Assembly (NCBI GenBank): GCA_977862235.1
Contig: OZ374562.1
Location: 310,001 to 374,000, forward strand
DNA length: 64,000 nucleotides
DNA from: Dudresnaya verticillata
Lineage: Eukaryota
Reading direction: 5' to 3'
Both the position numbers and the translations under genes were made by a program. Shown piece by piece: positions 20,472 through 30,573 of the stretch (the stretch's first letter is position 1; every line of letters begins with the position of its first letter). The notes under the pieces were generated by a model, which worked only from the letters and a program-made list of their open reading frames with translations, was not told the DNA's origin and searched no databases.

Positions 20472-21533
20472 ATGGTGAGTCTGGAAGGTACAAGAGTTGT
20501 CCCATGGGCAGACTGGTCAGAATGGCTTGAGCTCAAAGAGATGCTATCGAACGGGGAAACAGAGAGAGCATGTCAGAGGGTAGCGATGTATAGGCTCCGT
20601 CGCCGGAGCGCGGTCCCAATAACAATCTTAACTTCTGTCGCACTGCTCAAGCAACTCGAGCAACCAGACCCAGACCCCTATCTTCAGCGGCTTGCCTTAT
20701 CAATGACACTAACAAGGTTTGTGAACGGCACCACTGACAGGTTGCAACCTCGTGGTGAAGGCTCCTCGGCGAAAAGCGTGTATTTCCTAGCAACTGAACT
20801 GCAACTGCCCCTCATTCTCGTCGAAATTCGTCATCAGGCCAGCCACAATGTTTTGCCTAGGCTTTCAACGCTTACTTCTGGAGCTCGACAAGCTCTCGGT
20901 TGGCTAGAGACCTTCTACTGGGAACCTCAGTCTAGGAATATTGCAATATTGGATACGCCAAACCTTCATGATCTTCGGCTCGTCTTCGAGAAGGATGGTA
21001 CTAACGATATGTGCTCGCCACGGCCAGAGTCGGAGCTTGCGTTAAACCCTGTTAGTTCGTCCAAAGCTGCCGACCTTGAGTCTGACATTCTCTATCAAAT
21101 GAAAAGCCTAACTGAAGAACTGGAAAAGGAGCAGGCAACAAGCGGGAAGGGGGAGGCATTGTCGCAAGATGAAGTTGCCACCTGGTCTGCATGCGGGAAT
21201 GAAAATGCCTGGAAGGTCACACCATTGGGTCTTGTTCCTGGCCAGCTGGCATTCCCACGATCCAGGAGGAGACTGCGAAGACGAACAGACCCCAGCATTG
21301 CGAGCGATGGTTCCGATGAAGAAATGGAAGAGCACAACGAAGAGGATAAAGGAGAGGGTCCAGACGCTCTGATTTGTGTAGCGCAGACTAAACCCAACAG
21401 ATTGGGCTTGACCGCCGAGCAAGAGGCATACGTAGCGAAGAAGGCAGCCGAATTCGAACAGTTGGCAGCTACCGCAGTTGAGAAGGTCAAGAAAAGCACT
21501 AACAAAGAAGCGCATGACGAGACGTCTTTATAG
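20472..21533 (+). CDS. LAS1: Las1-like pre-rRNA processing endonuclease
   Basis: RVVPWADWSEW..RLALSMTLTRFVNG..LPLILVEIRHQASHNVLP.L..L..GA..AL.WL..FYW; HEPN RxxxxH motif (RHQASH) intact. Confidence 0.9.
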   Translation: MVSLEGTRVVPWADWSEWLELKEMLSNGETERACQRVAMYRLRRRSAVPITILTSVALLKQLEQPDPDPYLQRLALSMTLTRFVNGTTDRLQPRGEGSSAKSVYFLATELQLPLILVEIRHQASHNVLPRLSTLTSGARQALGWLETFYWEPQSRNIAILDTPNLHDLRLVFEKDGTNDMCSPRPESELALNPVSSSKAADLESDILYQMKSLTEELEKEQATSGKGEALSQDEVATWSACGNENAWKVTPLGLVPGQLAFPRSRRRLRRRTDPSIASDGSDEEMEEHNEEDKGEGPDALICVAQTKPNRLGLTAEQEAYVAKKAAEFEQLAATAVEKVKKSTNKEAHDETSL

Positions 21534-21569
21534 CGTAAAACCTACTCACCAGACTTTATTGTTCATGCG

Positions 21570-24071
21570 CTACCGGTCACTCGACTTCGACGATTGCCGA
21601 ATATGATTTGCGGTGGCACCCGAAAAGATATCTGGACATCGTGACCAGTCTCCGACAGCTTGCTTCTGAAAGAACTCGCCGCCGTACTCATAATCAATAC
21701 ACTCCTTCACTGGATCCATGGTTGTTTTGAACCACCGTGGTTCCCAATTTTCTCCAGCCTCCTCCATTTCTCGTCGCCGTTGTCTTTGGGCGTTTTCCAA
21801 TGCAGCCTTCATGTTGTTACCTCTCGCGTAATCTCCGTGTTCCAGTGCTCTTTGATCAGGACGGAACCTGCTGTCTGTTGGAGCCACGTAATCTCGCTCG
21901 CCGTCTTCTACCGCAGCATTCAGAGATATGGCCCACTTGGTCATGTTGTATGATTGTGATGCTTCATCATCTGGCCGTTCCGCGACTTTCCACAAGATGT
22001 TTTTTCGGCCCCTACCAAGATCTTCGTAGAGCATCTTTGTCCAGTTGCCACCGATTTTGATTTTCTCGACCCCGTTCTTATCGTACACGGTGCCTTTGAT
22101 TGCTCCAAAGGACTTGGAGTCACTCATCCATCCAGTCTTATTGAAGTTGATAACACAGCGACCACCGTTGGATCGGTTAATGATCTCCATCTCGCCGTAG
22201 TTATCTAGCCACATTCGCCCCACGACGATATTATGTACACATGATGTGACCTGCTCGTAAACATAGTGGTCGCCATATTCAGGAAACTCGATGTGGTGGA
22301 GTCCTGTTGGGAAAACTTCAAGGCTCTTCCCCCAAAACTTGTTCTTGATCTCAACGCAGTTGTGATACTTCCAGGACGCACCAGAGCCTTCCGCGTAGCA
22401 AGCAGATATTGGTGGGTGATGGCTTACCTGCTCTGCCACAAAGCGCAGGCCTTTGCCCTTATTCGGCATGATGACGCACGCAGTTTCGCCTAGTAATGGG
22501 TTGAAGGGCTTTCCAATACGCCCCTGAGTTGAGCTATAGTGTGAAATTACGGTCGCGGCAACATACATCATTCTCCTTTCCGGGTCTGTTTGAGCAGCCC
22601 CCTCGTCCAACAGCTCTGAGTATTCGATGTCTTCAGCAAGTCTTTGAAGAAAGGAAATAGGCTCGTTGAGGGTGATGGGCATACTAATTTTCGACAGGTC
22701 CTTGCCAACTGAATCCTTCAAGACACCAAAAATGTTCAGCTTCTCCCGCGGTCCTGGCAGCAACGGCAGTGTAGTTCTCCTTGGTTTGAAGCCTTTAGAA
22801 ATGACTGTGGTATTGACACGTCTCACAGCACTATACATGAGAGACAGATCTTCCTCGCGATTGTCTTCTGGCGTCTCCATAGACAGCTTCTTGAGCCCGT
22901 GCTCAAGTTTCTCCTGGGACAGCACGCGGGCAATAGAGGTGCGAGAACTTGCGGCGCGTGACAAGGCATCGAAAAACTCGCCATCGCTATCATTATCCAT
23001 CTCATCATCTACTGCGGCACCGATGTGCAGTCCATCCGGCTTTGAAGGGCTTGTTGGGAAGACAGGCAAGCCACCCCCGGCCATAACGCGAGTAAGGTCT
23101 GCCTTCAATCTTCTCTCAAACATTTCGTCGTTTGTTTGCAAGACGTGCAGGCACCACGCAACAAGGTCGATGAGGCCCTTCGCCGCCTCGCGCGTGGAGT
23201 GATCGACGTGGGCTGGGGGTTCTACCGTGTCGTTGAAGGTTTCGTAAAGCGTAGTCAAAAAGTCCTTCTCTGCCTCTGGAATAGTGCCATCATCAACCCA
23301 TTTCTCACGCCAAAGGCCATGCACGCGACGAAGTTCAGCGATAAGGGCCTTTCTGCTTTGCTCTGCCTCCTTGAGGCCATCGTCCTCGAGGACTGAATCG
23401 TCGCTGTCAGAGCCGTCAAGACTCTCGAAGGGCTTCTTTTCCTGGACTGGGAATTTTGCGCTCGGGGTGCGCGGCTCAGCCCTTGGCGGACGCGGGCCTG
23501 AAGCAGACGGCTGTTCGGGAGCTTCCCTGGTTCGTGAGATAGCCTTCTTAATAAGGCCACGGAAGTAGGTGTTGGAGGCGTTGAGGGCGGCCACCCACTC
23601 GTCGCGTTCTCTCTGGTTTTCCGCCTTAATGTGGAAAACGTCATGGCCGAGGTCGATTGCGAAGCGCGTAGAGTCTGACTCATCCGGGGAGATGGCTGCA
23701 AACTGTAGGTTGATCGAGCCCTTGATGTCGCGCTCCTTCTCGTCCCTACTGTTGGCCCTGCGCAAAAACCTGGCCTTCCTCTTCTTCTTTTTGCGGTCGT
23801 GCTGCTCGGTAGACGAGTCGCTGTCCTGATCATCCAGGTCTGAGCCGGCAGGGGCGCCATAGACAAGGACGCCGTTCTCCAGGACGAAGATGCGCTGCTT
23901 CCACCGCTTGAGAACGTTGGTGTACTTGAGCAGGACGCCGGTCTTCTGCGGGGCAACGCCAGCGTCGGTGGCCAGCAGGTGGAGGTCATCGCGCGGGACG
24001 GTAAGCGTGACGACCGCGGCGTTGCCGTTAGACGAGCGGCGGCGGTGTACGATGCGGCGCAGGCGCATCAT
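21570..24071 (-). CDS. Oxysterol-binding protein-related protein (PH + FFAT + ORD)
   Basis: PH domain (GVLLKYTNVLKRWKQRIFVL), FFAT motif EFFDALS, ORD signature EQVSHHPP, KPFNPLLGET, PTDSRFRPDQ. Confidence 0.95.
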   Translation of the reverse strand: MMRLRRIVHRRRSSNGNAAVVTLTVPRDDLHLLATDAGVAPQKTGVLLKYTNVLKRWKQRIFVLENGVLVYGAPAGSDLDDQDSDSSTEQHDRKKKKRKARFLRRANSRDEKERDIKGSINLQFAAISPDESDSTRFAIDLGHDVFHIKAENQRERDEWVAALNASNTYFRGLIKKAISRTREAPEQPSASGPRPPRAEPRTPSAKFPVQEKKPFESLDGSDSDDSVLEDDGLKEAEQSRKALIAELRRVHGLWREKWVDDGTIPEAEKDFLTTLYETFNDTVEPPAHVDHSTREAAKGLIDLVAWCLHVLQTNDEMFERRLKADLTRVMAGGGLPVFPTSPSKPDGLHIGAAVDDEMDNDSDGEFFDALSRAASSRTSIARVLSQEKLEHGLKKLSMETPEDNREEDLSLMYSAVRRVNTTVISKGFKPRRTTLPLLPGPREKLNIFGVLKDSVGKDLSKISMPITLNEPISFLQRLAEDIEYSELLDEGAAQTDPERRMMYVAATVISHYSSTQGRIGKPFNPLLGETACVIMPNKGKGLRFVAEQVSHHPPISACYAEGSGASWKYHNCVEIKNKFWGKSLEVFPTGLHHIEFPEYGDHYVYEQVTSCVHNIVVGRMWLDNYGEMEIINRSNGGRCVINFNKTGWMSDSKSFGAIKGTVYDKNGVEKIKIGGNWTKMLYEDLGRGRKNILWKVAERPDDEASQSYNMTKWAISLNAAVEDGERDYVAPTDSRFRPDQRALEHGDYARGNNMKAALENAQRQRRREMEEAGENWEPRWFKTTMDPVKECIDYEYGGEFFQKQAVGDWSRCPDIFSGATANHIRQSSKSSDR

Positions 24072-24450
24072 GGCTGGTGCGGCAGCGGGGAGGGCGGCGC
24101 GGCGGGCGTGGACGAGGCGGGGCTCGTCTGTAACGCGGCGAGGATGAGTGTCGGTAGAGACTATTTGAGCGGCGGGGTGCTGCGAGGGTGCAGCGAGCGT
24201 GGACGTGGTGCGGCCCGGAAGCAAAAGGCTTTTGAAGGATCGTGACCAAATTGCGCTGCGCCAGAAGCATGCACGACTCCATTGGTTGGTGCGGGCTGCG
24301 CTTACACGCGTCCACGAGCTGTGATGCCCCTTCGGCTTGACGACAACAGCAAGGCCCTCCCAATGGAGTGCCGCCCCGTGCCCGCGCGCCAGTGCCGCCC
24401 CGCCAAGTGCGCTCCGCTGTTTCTAGGCGCCCCACGCGGACGCGATGCCG

Positions 24451-24537
24451 CGCCGCGGCCGACGCAGACCGACGCGCCGCGCCGCGGCCGACGCAGACCG
24501 ACGCGCCGCGCCGCGGCCGACGCAGACCGACGCGCCG
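24451..24537. repeat. 29-bp tandem repeat x3 (cgccgcggccgacgcagaccgacgcgccg)
   Basis: Three exact copies in the GC-rich divergent region between OSBP and the small Tim gene. Confidence 0.9.
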
Positions 24538-25265
24538 CGCCCGCGGGCTGACCGTCCTCCGCGCCAGCGCAAGCCGCAGCTGCCGCTGCAGCGCGCGCCC
24601 GGCCGGCATGAGGCGTGGCTCGACTGCGCAGCTGGGCGCCAGACCCGCGCTGCGCGCGCTCCGCTGGCCGCGCTCCGCTGGCCGCGCTCCGCTGGCTGCG
24701 CTCCCCCGGCGGAAGGCAAGGCGGAATCGCCCGCTCCGTGCACGCCCTCGCTGCGTCCGCGCGCATCGCTGGCGGAGGTGCTCGCCCGCGACGTGTCGAC
24801 CAACATCTGCGCGCGCCTTTCTGCCAATCTGGCAAGCGCGAGTGCGATAGCTTGTTGCAACTGCGGAGCAACCCTTTGCTGGAGCTCGCGCGTCATTTGC
24901 GCGGCGCATCGCTTGGAACATGTGAGAGATGGCCAAAAAAAGAAGCACAAAATTTGTTGCACTTCGGATTGGATCAATCGGAAAAGGCTCCTCGTGACCT
25001 ATTTTATTCGGAAAACGACCGCGCGCTTGCACTTGATCGTTCTCGCCCACGTCGTCACTCCTGACCTGCCCATCCCCATCCCCAGCCTGTTCCTCAGCCT
25101 CACAGCACCTCGTGACGTCGACCCCCAATCGCCACCGCCCACATCCTCATCATTTCCTCCGTCTACCCCGCTGGAGGCCTGACTAGCCAGTCTGCTTGCG
25201 CGTGAATCCTCCAGCAACGTCGTCAAGCCGTGGAAGCCAGTGCGCGCGCCCAAGTCCCGCGCATC

Positions 25266-25511
25266 ATGTCTGCAGATCCCAACCAGCCGCGGCCAGAGGA
25301 GGTCATGGGGCGCGTGCGCCGCGAACTGCAGGAGCAGCAGATCGAGGATCTCGTCCAGACGCTTTCCGACAAGTGCTTCCAGAAGTGCGTCAAGAAGCCG
25401 GGTACGTCGCTGTCCACCGCCGAGCAGCACTGCATCGCGAAGGCCATGGACCGCTACATCGAGGTCATGACCCTTGTGTTTCAGACCATCGCCAAGAAGG
25501 CCCAAGGGTAG
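25266..25511 (+). CDS. TIM13: Mitochondrial intermembrane-space small Tim chaperone (Tim13/Tim8-like)
   Basis: 81 aa; LVQTLSDKCFQKCVKKPGTSLSTAEQHCIAKAMDRYIE matches Tim13 except for the fourth Cys. Confidence 0.8.
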   Translation: MSADPNQPRPEEVMGRVRRELQEQQIEDLVQTLSDKCFQKCVKKPGTSLSTAEQHCIAKAMDRYIEVMTLVFQTIAKKAQG

Positions 25512-25773
25512 TTGCTTGTTCTCAAGCACAACGTGCATCGCGCGCTCCATACGATGATTTCGCCATGCGATTAATGTATATGCATTGTGTGGGTCAATTC
25601 TAGGCACGGCTTGGCCGTTCGCGGCCAGTAATTCTACATACACGTATACAAACTGTGTGCCCGCGCCGTCCGCCGCATTGCACCGAGTGCCACCATGCTC
25701 ACGGGCGGCACCAGCTCTGCAATACGTACAAAGACACTTCTACCGCCCCGCAGAGTCACGGACACTACTACAT

Positions 25774-27903
25774 CTATGACCTAGCTGCAGTCGGCCGCAC
25801 CTTGGCTACCTGCACAGCAGAGTCCACCTCCTCCGGCGAGACGATCAGCCGTGCAGGCATATGTGGGTCGGGGTAAGCTCCGTCTGCCTCCTCATTGTCA
25901 GTAAACCATGGGTGCTGCACAAGCTCCGCAAGTGGGATTCGCGTCTTGGGGTCCTTCTCGCCGAGCACACCCTTGAGCAAGCTTCTAACTTTTCTCGAAG
26001 TCTCAGGGTATCGCGGGAATCTCAGCTTCCCGTTGCAGATGCTGTTTTGAATTCCCCCATCGTCTCGCCCTCCGAACGGCACCCGCCCGTACAACATGAA
26101 ATATAGCACAACCGCAACGGACCAGACGTCCATCGCATAGCTCTTCGCATGAGCTGGGGGCGCGTCGCTCATCCAGCATTGCTCGGGCGCCAGAAACGCG
26201 GGAGAAGCCTCGCCAAGTCGCACCCGCGTTAGTGCGGTAGCGTTCTTGATTTCAGTGAAGTCATGCGTAATGCACCCGATTGCGTTGATCTTCACAGAAC
26301 CATTGACAGCGCGGAGCAAGTTATCTGGGCGAAGGTCACCATGAGCGATTCGCAGCGAGTGTAGATATTCAAGCCCCTTCAATATGTCCCGGATAAGCTC
26401 TCGAGCTGGTTTTTCTGGGATCGGTTTAACGCCCTCCAGTCTCGAAGAGTCCATCAGGGAACCGCGTGCGAGATGCTCAAAGATGACATAGTTTCCGCCA
26501 TACTCAGTGTCAAGTAGACACTCGTGATACTTGACAATGTTCGGGTGGCTTAGTCGCTTGAGTACGGCCACCTCCTCTGGCGACCGTAGCATCAAGGGAA
26601 CATGCTTGTGCGGGACATATCTCAGCCCACAAAACGAGCCATCAGACCGCGAGAAGGCAAGCTTGTTGCCAAGCGTTTCCGGCTGACCTTTGGCAGAGCA
26701 GAGCACAACATATGAGTTGACGGCGGTGTACTCTCGCAGCGGACGGCCATTGAAAGTATCATCTGTAAGAGTGTAGTCCTCTCTCTCCTTGTCTGGCGGA
26801 ATCATACCTCGTGGCGCACGAATCCTCGCCTGAAGCGGAATGCGGCAACTCAACGCTCGAACCCACAACCCGGCTTCGTCCGGATTAGCAAACAGTAGCG
26901 AGATGCGATAGCCCTCTGTGACATCAACACACACCTCTCTTTCGATACACTTCATCTTTGCTACCTTTTGAAGTTTTATGTGATCAGCACACACGCCGTC
27001 CTTTTTGCTGGTCCAGAACAGGCGGTCACAGTCTGCACTTAGCCATACGCGACGGGCGCCAAACCGCCTGAAGCTTTTCTTCTTGTAAGCAGCCACGCCG
27101 GCCTGCAACACGGCGCAGCACTCAAACACACTCATCTCACGCAATGGCTTTGCCTGCACAGCGTCCATGAGCTCGGAACCGATGTCCATGCCGAACAAGT
27201 TTGCCGGATCGCGGTCCTCCCCTGCGGCGGGCTGTTTCACGACCGGCGGGGGCTGAATTCTAGCTAGCGCGACTGCACGGGGGCGCTGCATAAAGGCCTG
27301 CTCCTCGCGGTGGTCCGAGATTCTCTCCTCGTCGGCGACGTTCTCCTCCACCTCGACGTCCTGGGCTGAGTCGACGGTAAGCCAGGACTGCGCACTAAGC
27401 TTTGAAAAGTTGGAGTGCTGACGAACAACCTCGACAGCAGCATCGTCATCGTCATCGTCCTCCGTTTCCTCAGCCCTGTTCTGGGAGGACCTGGACGGTG
27501 GCGTGACCTCCTGGACCCACTCGCGGCCGCCACTGGCGCTAGATCGACGCGCGCCGGAAACAGCGGAGAAGACGGTAGCAGCGCCGTCCTGCGGTGGCGG
27601 TGCATCGCGCTGGGAATCGTTGACGCCGGGGACATAGAACTCGGTATCGGCTGCATAGTCGCCGACGTCGGAGTAGTCGCTAGCGGAGTCGTCCGGGCCG
27701 GGCAGGGGTGAGCGCGGGGGCATCGGGGAACGCGGCTGCGGCATCGGGATGACAGGCGGCGGGGCGGGGGCAAGTGACGAGCGGGCGCGGGCGGCGGCAG
27801 AGCCGGGCGTGGAGGTGGCGATGACGGCCGGTGGCTTGGGCGCAGGCGTCTCCGCCGCGAGCGCATTGGACTCCCACATGCGGCGGGCCGCGTGGAAGTC
27901 CAT
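25774..27903 (-). CDS. PH-like domain + Ser/Thr kinase-fold protein (CAMKK-like), probable pseudokinase
   Basis: EVAVLKRLSHPNIVKYHE, HGDLRPDNLL, PAFLAPE, DVWSVAVVLYFMLYGRVPF, HPWF; PH-like RRVWLSADCDRLFW..EAGLWVRAL. Confidence 0.85.
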   Translation of the reverse strand: MDFHAARRMWESNALAAETPAPKPPAVIATSTPGSAAARARSSLAPAPPPVIPMPQPRSPMPPRSPLPGPDDSASDYSDVGDYAADTEFYVPGVNDSQRDAPPPQDGAATVFSAVSGARRSSASGGREWVQEVTPPSRSSQNRAEETEDDDDDDAAVEVVRQHSNFSKLSAQSWLTVDSAQDVEVEENVADEERISDHREEQAFMQRPRAVALARIQPPPVVKQPAAGEDRDPANLFGMDIGSELMDAVQAKPLREMSVFECCAVLQAGVAAYKKKSFRRFGARRVWLSADCDRLFWTSKKDGVCADHIKLQKVAKMKCIEREVCVDVTEGYRISLLFANPDEAGLWVRALSCRIPLQARIRAPRGMIPPDKEREDYTLTDDTFNGRPLREYTAVNSYVVLCSAKGQPETLGNKLAFSRSDGSFCGLRYVPHKHVPLMLRSPEEVAVLKRLSHPNIVKYHECLLDTEYGGNYVIFEHLARGSLMDSSRLEGVKPIPEKPARELIRDILKGLEYLHSLRIAHGDLRPDNLLRAVNGSVKINAIGCITHDFTEIKNATALTRVRLGEASPAFLAPEQCWMSDAPPAHAKSYAMDVWSVAVVLYFMLYGRVPFGGRDDGGIQNSICNGKLRFPRYPETSRKVRSLLKGVLGEKDPKTRIPLAELVQHPWFTDNEEADGAYPDPHMPARLIVSPEEVDSAVQVAKVRPTAARS

Positions 27904-28447
27904 GGTGGGGCGGGAGGGGGGAGGGGGGCGGGGGGCGGGAGGAGCGCGGTTGGAGGAGGTATTAAGGGGGTGGGAGCGAAGGGCAGCGCGATAAGGAAAT
28001 GGTGGGTGGTAAACTGCTTGGCAGGGACTGCTGCGTAGCGGGAGGGGAGGGGATGTGTGCTAATTTGGAAAGAGGTGCGTGGGGGGCAGAGAGGCACCGC
28101 CGCACTTTGTATGCGCGACGCTGCTCGGTCTGAACAAGCGCGGCGGCACGCGGAGTGGCGGACAAGTCACGCAGACGCGCAGCGCCGCGCCGCGGGCATT
28201 GGGAGACTGCAGAGACTACTGTGGGGCGCTCGCAGAGATCGTCCTGTTTGGCTCCGTGTGCAAACTGAATTGCGCCCAGCCATCCGAAGCCCGTCTTCGC
28301 CGACGCGCACAAACAAACACGCACACACATCTCCGCCGCGTTCCGGTACACTTACAACACGGCCGACTCGACCACTAGTTTACATCGCGCCTGCACCACA
28401 CGCGCTGCGCCTTCTCGCCAAACAAACAACCACCGCGTTCCATTCCA

Positions 28448-29452
28448 CTACCAATACATCCCGGGCGGCGGTCCATCACCAAACCCGCCACCTCCGCGCG
28501 CGCCGCCGCCTCCGCGGGGCGGCGGGAAGCGCCCCCCAGCCCCGCGTCCGAGCCCGTGCTCGTCTTCAAAGCCGGGCGGCTGCTCGACGTCGGGGTCCGG
28601 CACGAACGGGCCATACGGGTCGAAGCGCGCGCCGGGCGGCACGCCGGGCGGGCGCGGACCGCCCAGACCGGTGCCGCCGCCGCGGCCTGCACCCGGAAAG
28701 TTGCCCGGCCCCATGAGGTTGCCACCCATGCCGCCACCCATACCTGGCGGCACGCCCAGCCCGCGCGGCAAGCCCGGCGCCAGCAGGTCATCCGCGCCCA
28801 GCCCCGGCACGCGCGGCTGCATGTAGCCGGGGTGCCGCGGCGGGCCGATACGCAGCGGGTCGTCGTCATGGCGCGGATCGACGCGCAGCGGGTCGAGGCG
28901 GCGCGGTGGCGGCGGCGGCGGGTGCGCGGCGGTGGGCGCGGCGGACGACGACGCGGCTGCGTCGGCCGCAGCCTCGTAGCCCTCCTTGGCGGCGTCCGGG
29001 ACGAGGCGGTGGGCAATCTGGACCTGGACAATGGTGGCCAGGTCGTTCAGCGACGGGAGCAGGGCGGGCCAGTCCAGCGGGGCGGCGAGCGCGACGCCGT
29101 CCGGAACGTGCTCCGGGACGCGCAGCTCCAGCGTGTGCAGGGCGGCGTCGTCCTCGAGCGCGGTGGCGTTGAAGATGAGGCGGGTGCCGACGGGGGCTGC
29201 GCGGATGTCGTACGTCATGGCCGAGCGGACGTGGCGGTAGCGGCCGCCGAAGCCGGCCGCGCCCCACGCGGCCGGCAGCGCGGGCGGTGCGGGGGCGTCG
29301 TGCGCGGCGGCGGCGGCCTCCGCCGGGCGGAAGCCGTGCGTGAGCAGCAGCGCGTGCACGCCCAGCGCGAGCGCCTCCGACGTGGTTGCCGGGACGTGGG
29401 CGCTCGACGCCAGCCACGACAGCGCGGCGGCCGCCGTGGTACTCGGCGGCAT
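28448..29452 (-). CDS. PSMF1: Proteasome regulator PI31
   Basis: ATG at 29452; FP domain (ALALGVHALLLTHGF..LPAAW..YRH); Pro/Gly tail with DDDPLRIGPP and PPGARFDPYGP; C-terminal HbYX motif MYW. Confidence 0.9.
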   Translation of the reverse strand: MPPSTTAAAALSWLASSAHVPATTSEALALGVHALLLTHGFRPAEAAAAAHDAPAPPALPAAWGAAGFGGRYRHVRSAMTYDIRAAPVGTRLIFNATALEDDAALHTLELRVPEHVPDGVALAAPLDWPALLPSLNDLATIVQVQIAHRLVPDAAKEGYEAAADAAASSSAAPTAAHPPPPPPRRLDPLRVDPRHDDDPLRIGPPRHPGYMQPRVPGLGADDLLAPGLPRGLGVPPGMGGGMGGNLMGPGNFPGAGRGGGTGLGGPRPPGVPPGARFDPYGPFVPDPDVEQPPGFEDEHGLGRGAGGRFPPPRGGGGARGGGGFGDGPPPGMYW

Positions 29453-30573
29453 GGTTGGGCGAGTGCGCGCGGGCGCGGGCGCGGGCGGGCGGGTGGGCGT
29501 GGTTGCGGCGGCGGTGGGGGTGCGGCTACGACGTCGGTGGGTGCTTGCGCGCTGGGGTGTTTTCGGAAAGCTGGAGGGTCGCGGCTCGAGTTTCAGGCGC
29601 GGTGGGAGTGGGTGCCTCTTCGACGGGTACACTGTGGGGCGAAGGCTGCAAGGGCGAGCGAGCGTGGCGTGGCGGTGGAGATATATGACAAAGGGAGTGG
29701 ACCGCCAGCGCCAATCTCCGCGCGCTAAGATAGCGGCATGGCTGCCGCTGCGCACGAGCGCGCCGTCCATTGGCCGCGTCGAATCTCGCGCGACGGACGC
29801 CCAATAGCGTCGCTGCGCCACCGCTTCTGCAAGCCCCGCGCCTGCATTACACCCGCGCAGCGCAAGTCGCCGCTACCCGCTCCCGAGCACGACGCTCGAC
29901 AAGCACCGGTGGCCGTCGCCCGCCGCGACTCGACAACCTCCCGGCACCGGTAAGGCTCCTTCCGCCCGCCCGACTGCCTCACCGTCGTCTTCTCGGACAA
30001 AACCCGTACACACCGGCACTCGTGCTTGCGCCTCGTCGATGGGTGTGCACACACCCCGTCGCCGCTCCATCCGTGGTTGTTTCCTATCCGTGAAGGTAAA
30101 AGTCCCCGCCTGATCACTCTCTGCGTCTCTCTCGCATATTCACACCCACTCCGTCCCTCCATTCGCTGCACAACCCGCGTGTCGCACCGAAACCCGTCGC
30201 AACGGGCCAGAGTTAGTCAACAACAAAGCCATTATCAAGACCGCCTCGGCCCCACGCGTATTTACATTCATCCTCTTGCGCTCCAAACCAAACCAGCCAT
30301 CCCCCACACCACCCACCGAAGCTTAACCTTGCCTCAATTCTCCGCAGCACGACGTGAGTCTACTCCCCTAAGCCAAGCCGATTATCTCAACCAATTGACA
30401 ACGCGAACAACACCACAAAAAGACCCCCTTTCATAGACTCAGCTCCGAACTTGCTTCCGCTCTGTCTATCACACTCAAAAATCCTCACTTCAGTTCGTCG
30501 TTACACCCTCCCAACATACCATGTCTCCCTCTGCTTCTTGCTTCGCATTCCCAATAGCAAAGATAAAGCCTTC

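Noticed and set aside
24451..24537. 29-bp repeats as a CRISPR array
   Set aside because: Head-to-tail copies without spacers, eukaryotic context, no cas genes; the same applies to the 35-bp repeat at 39357.
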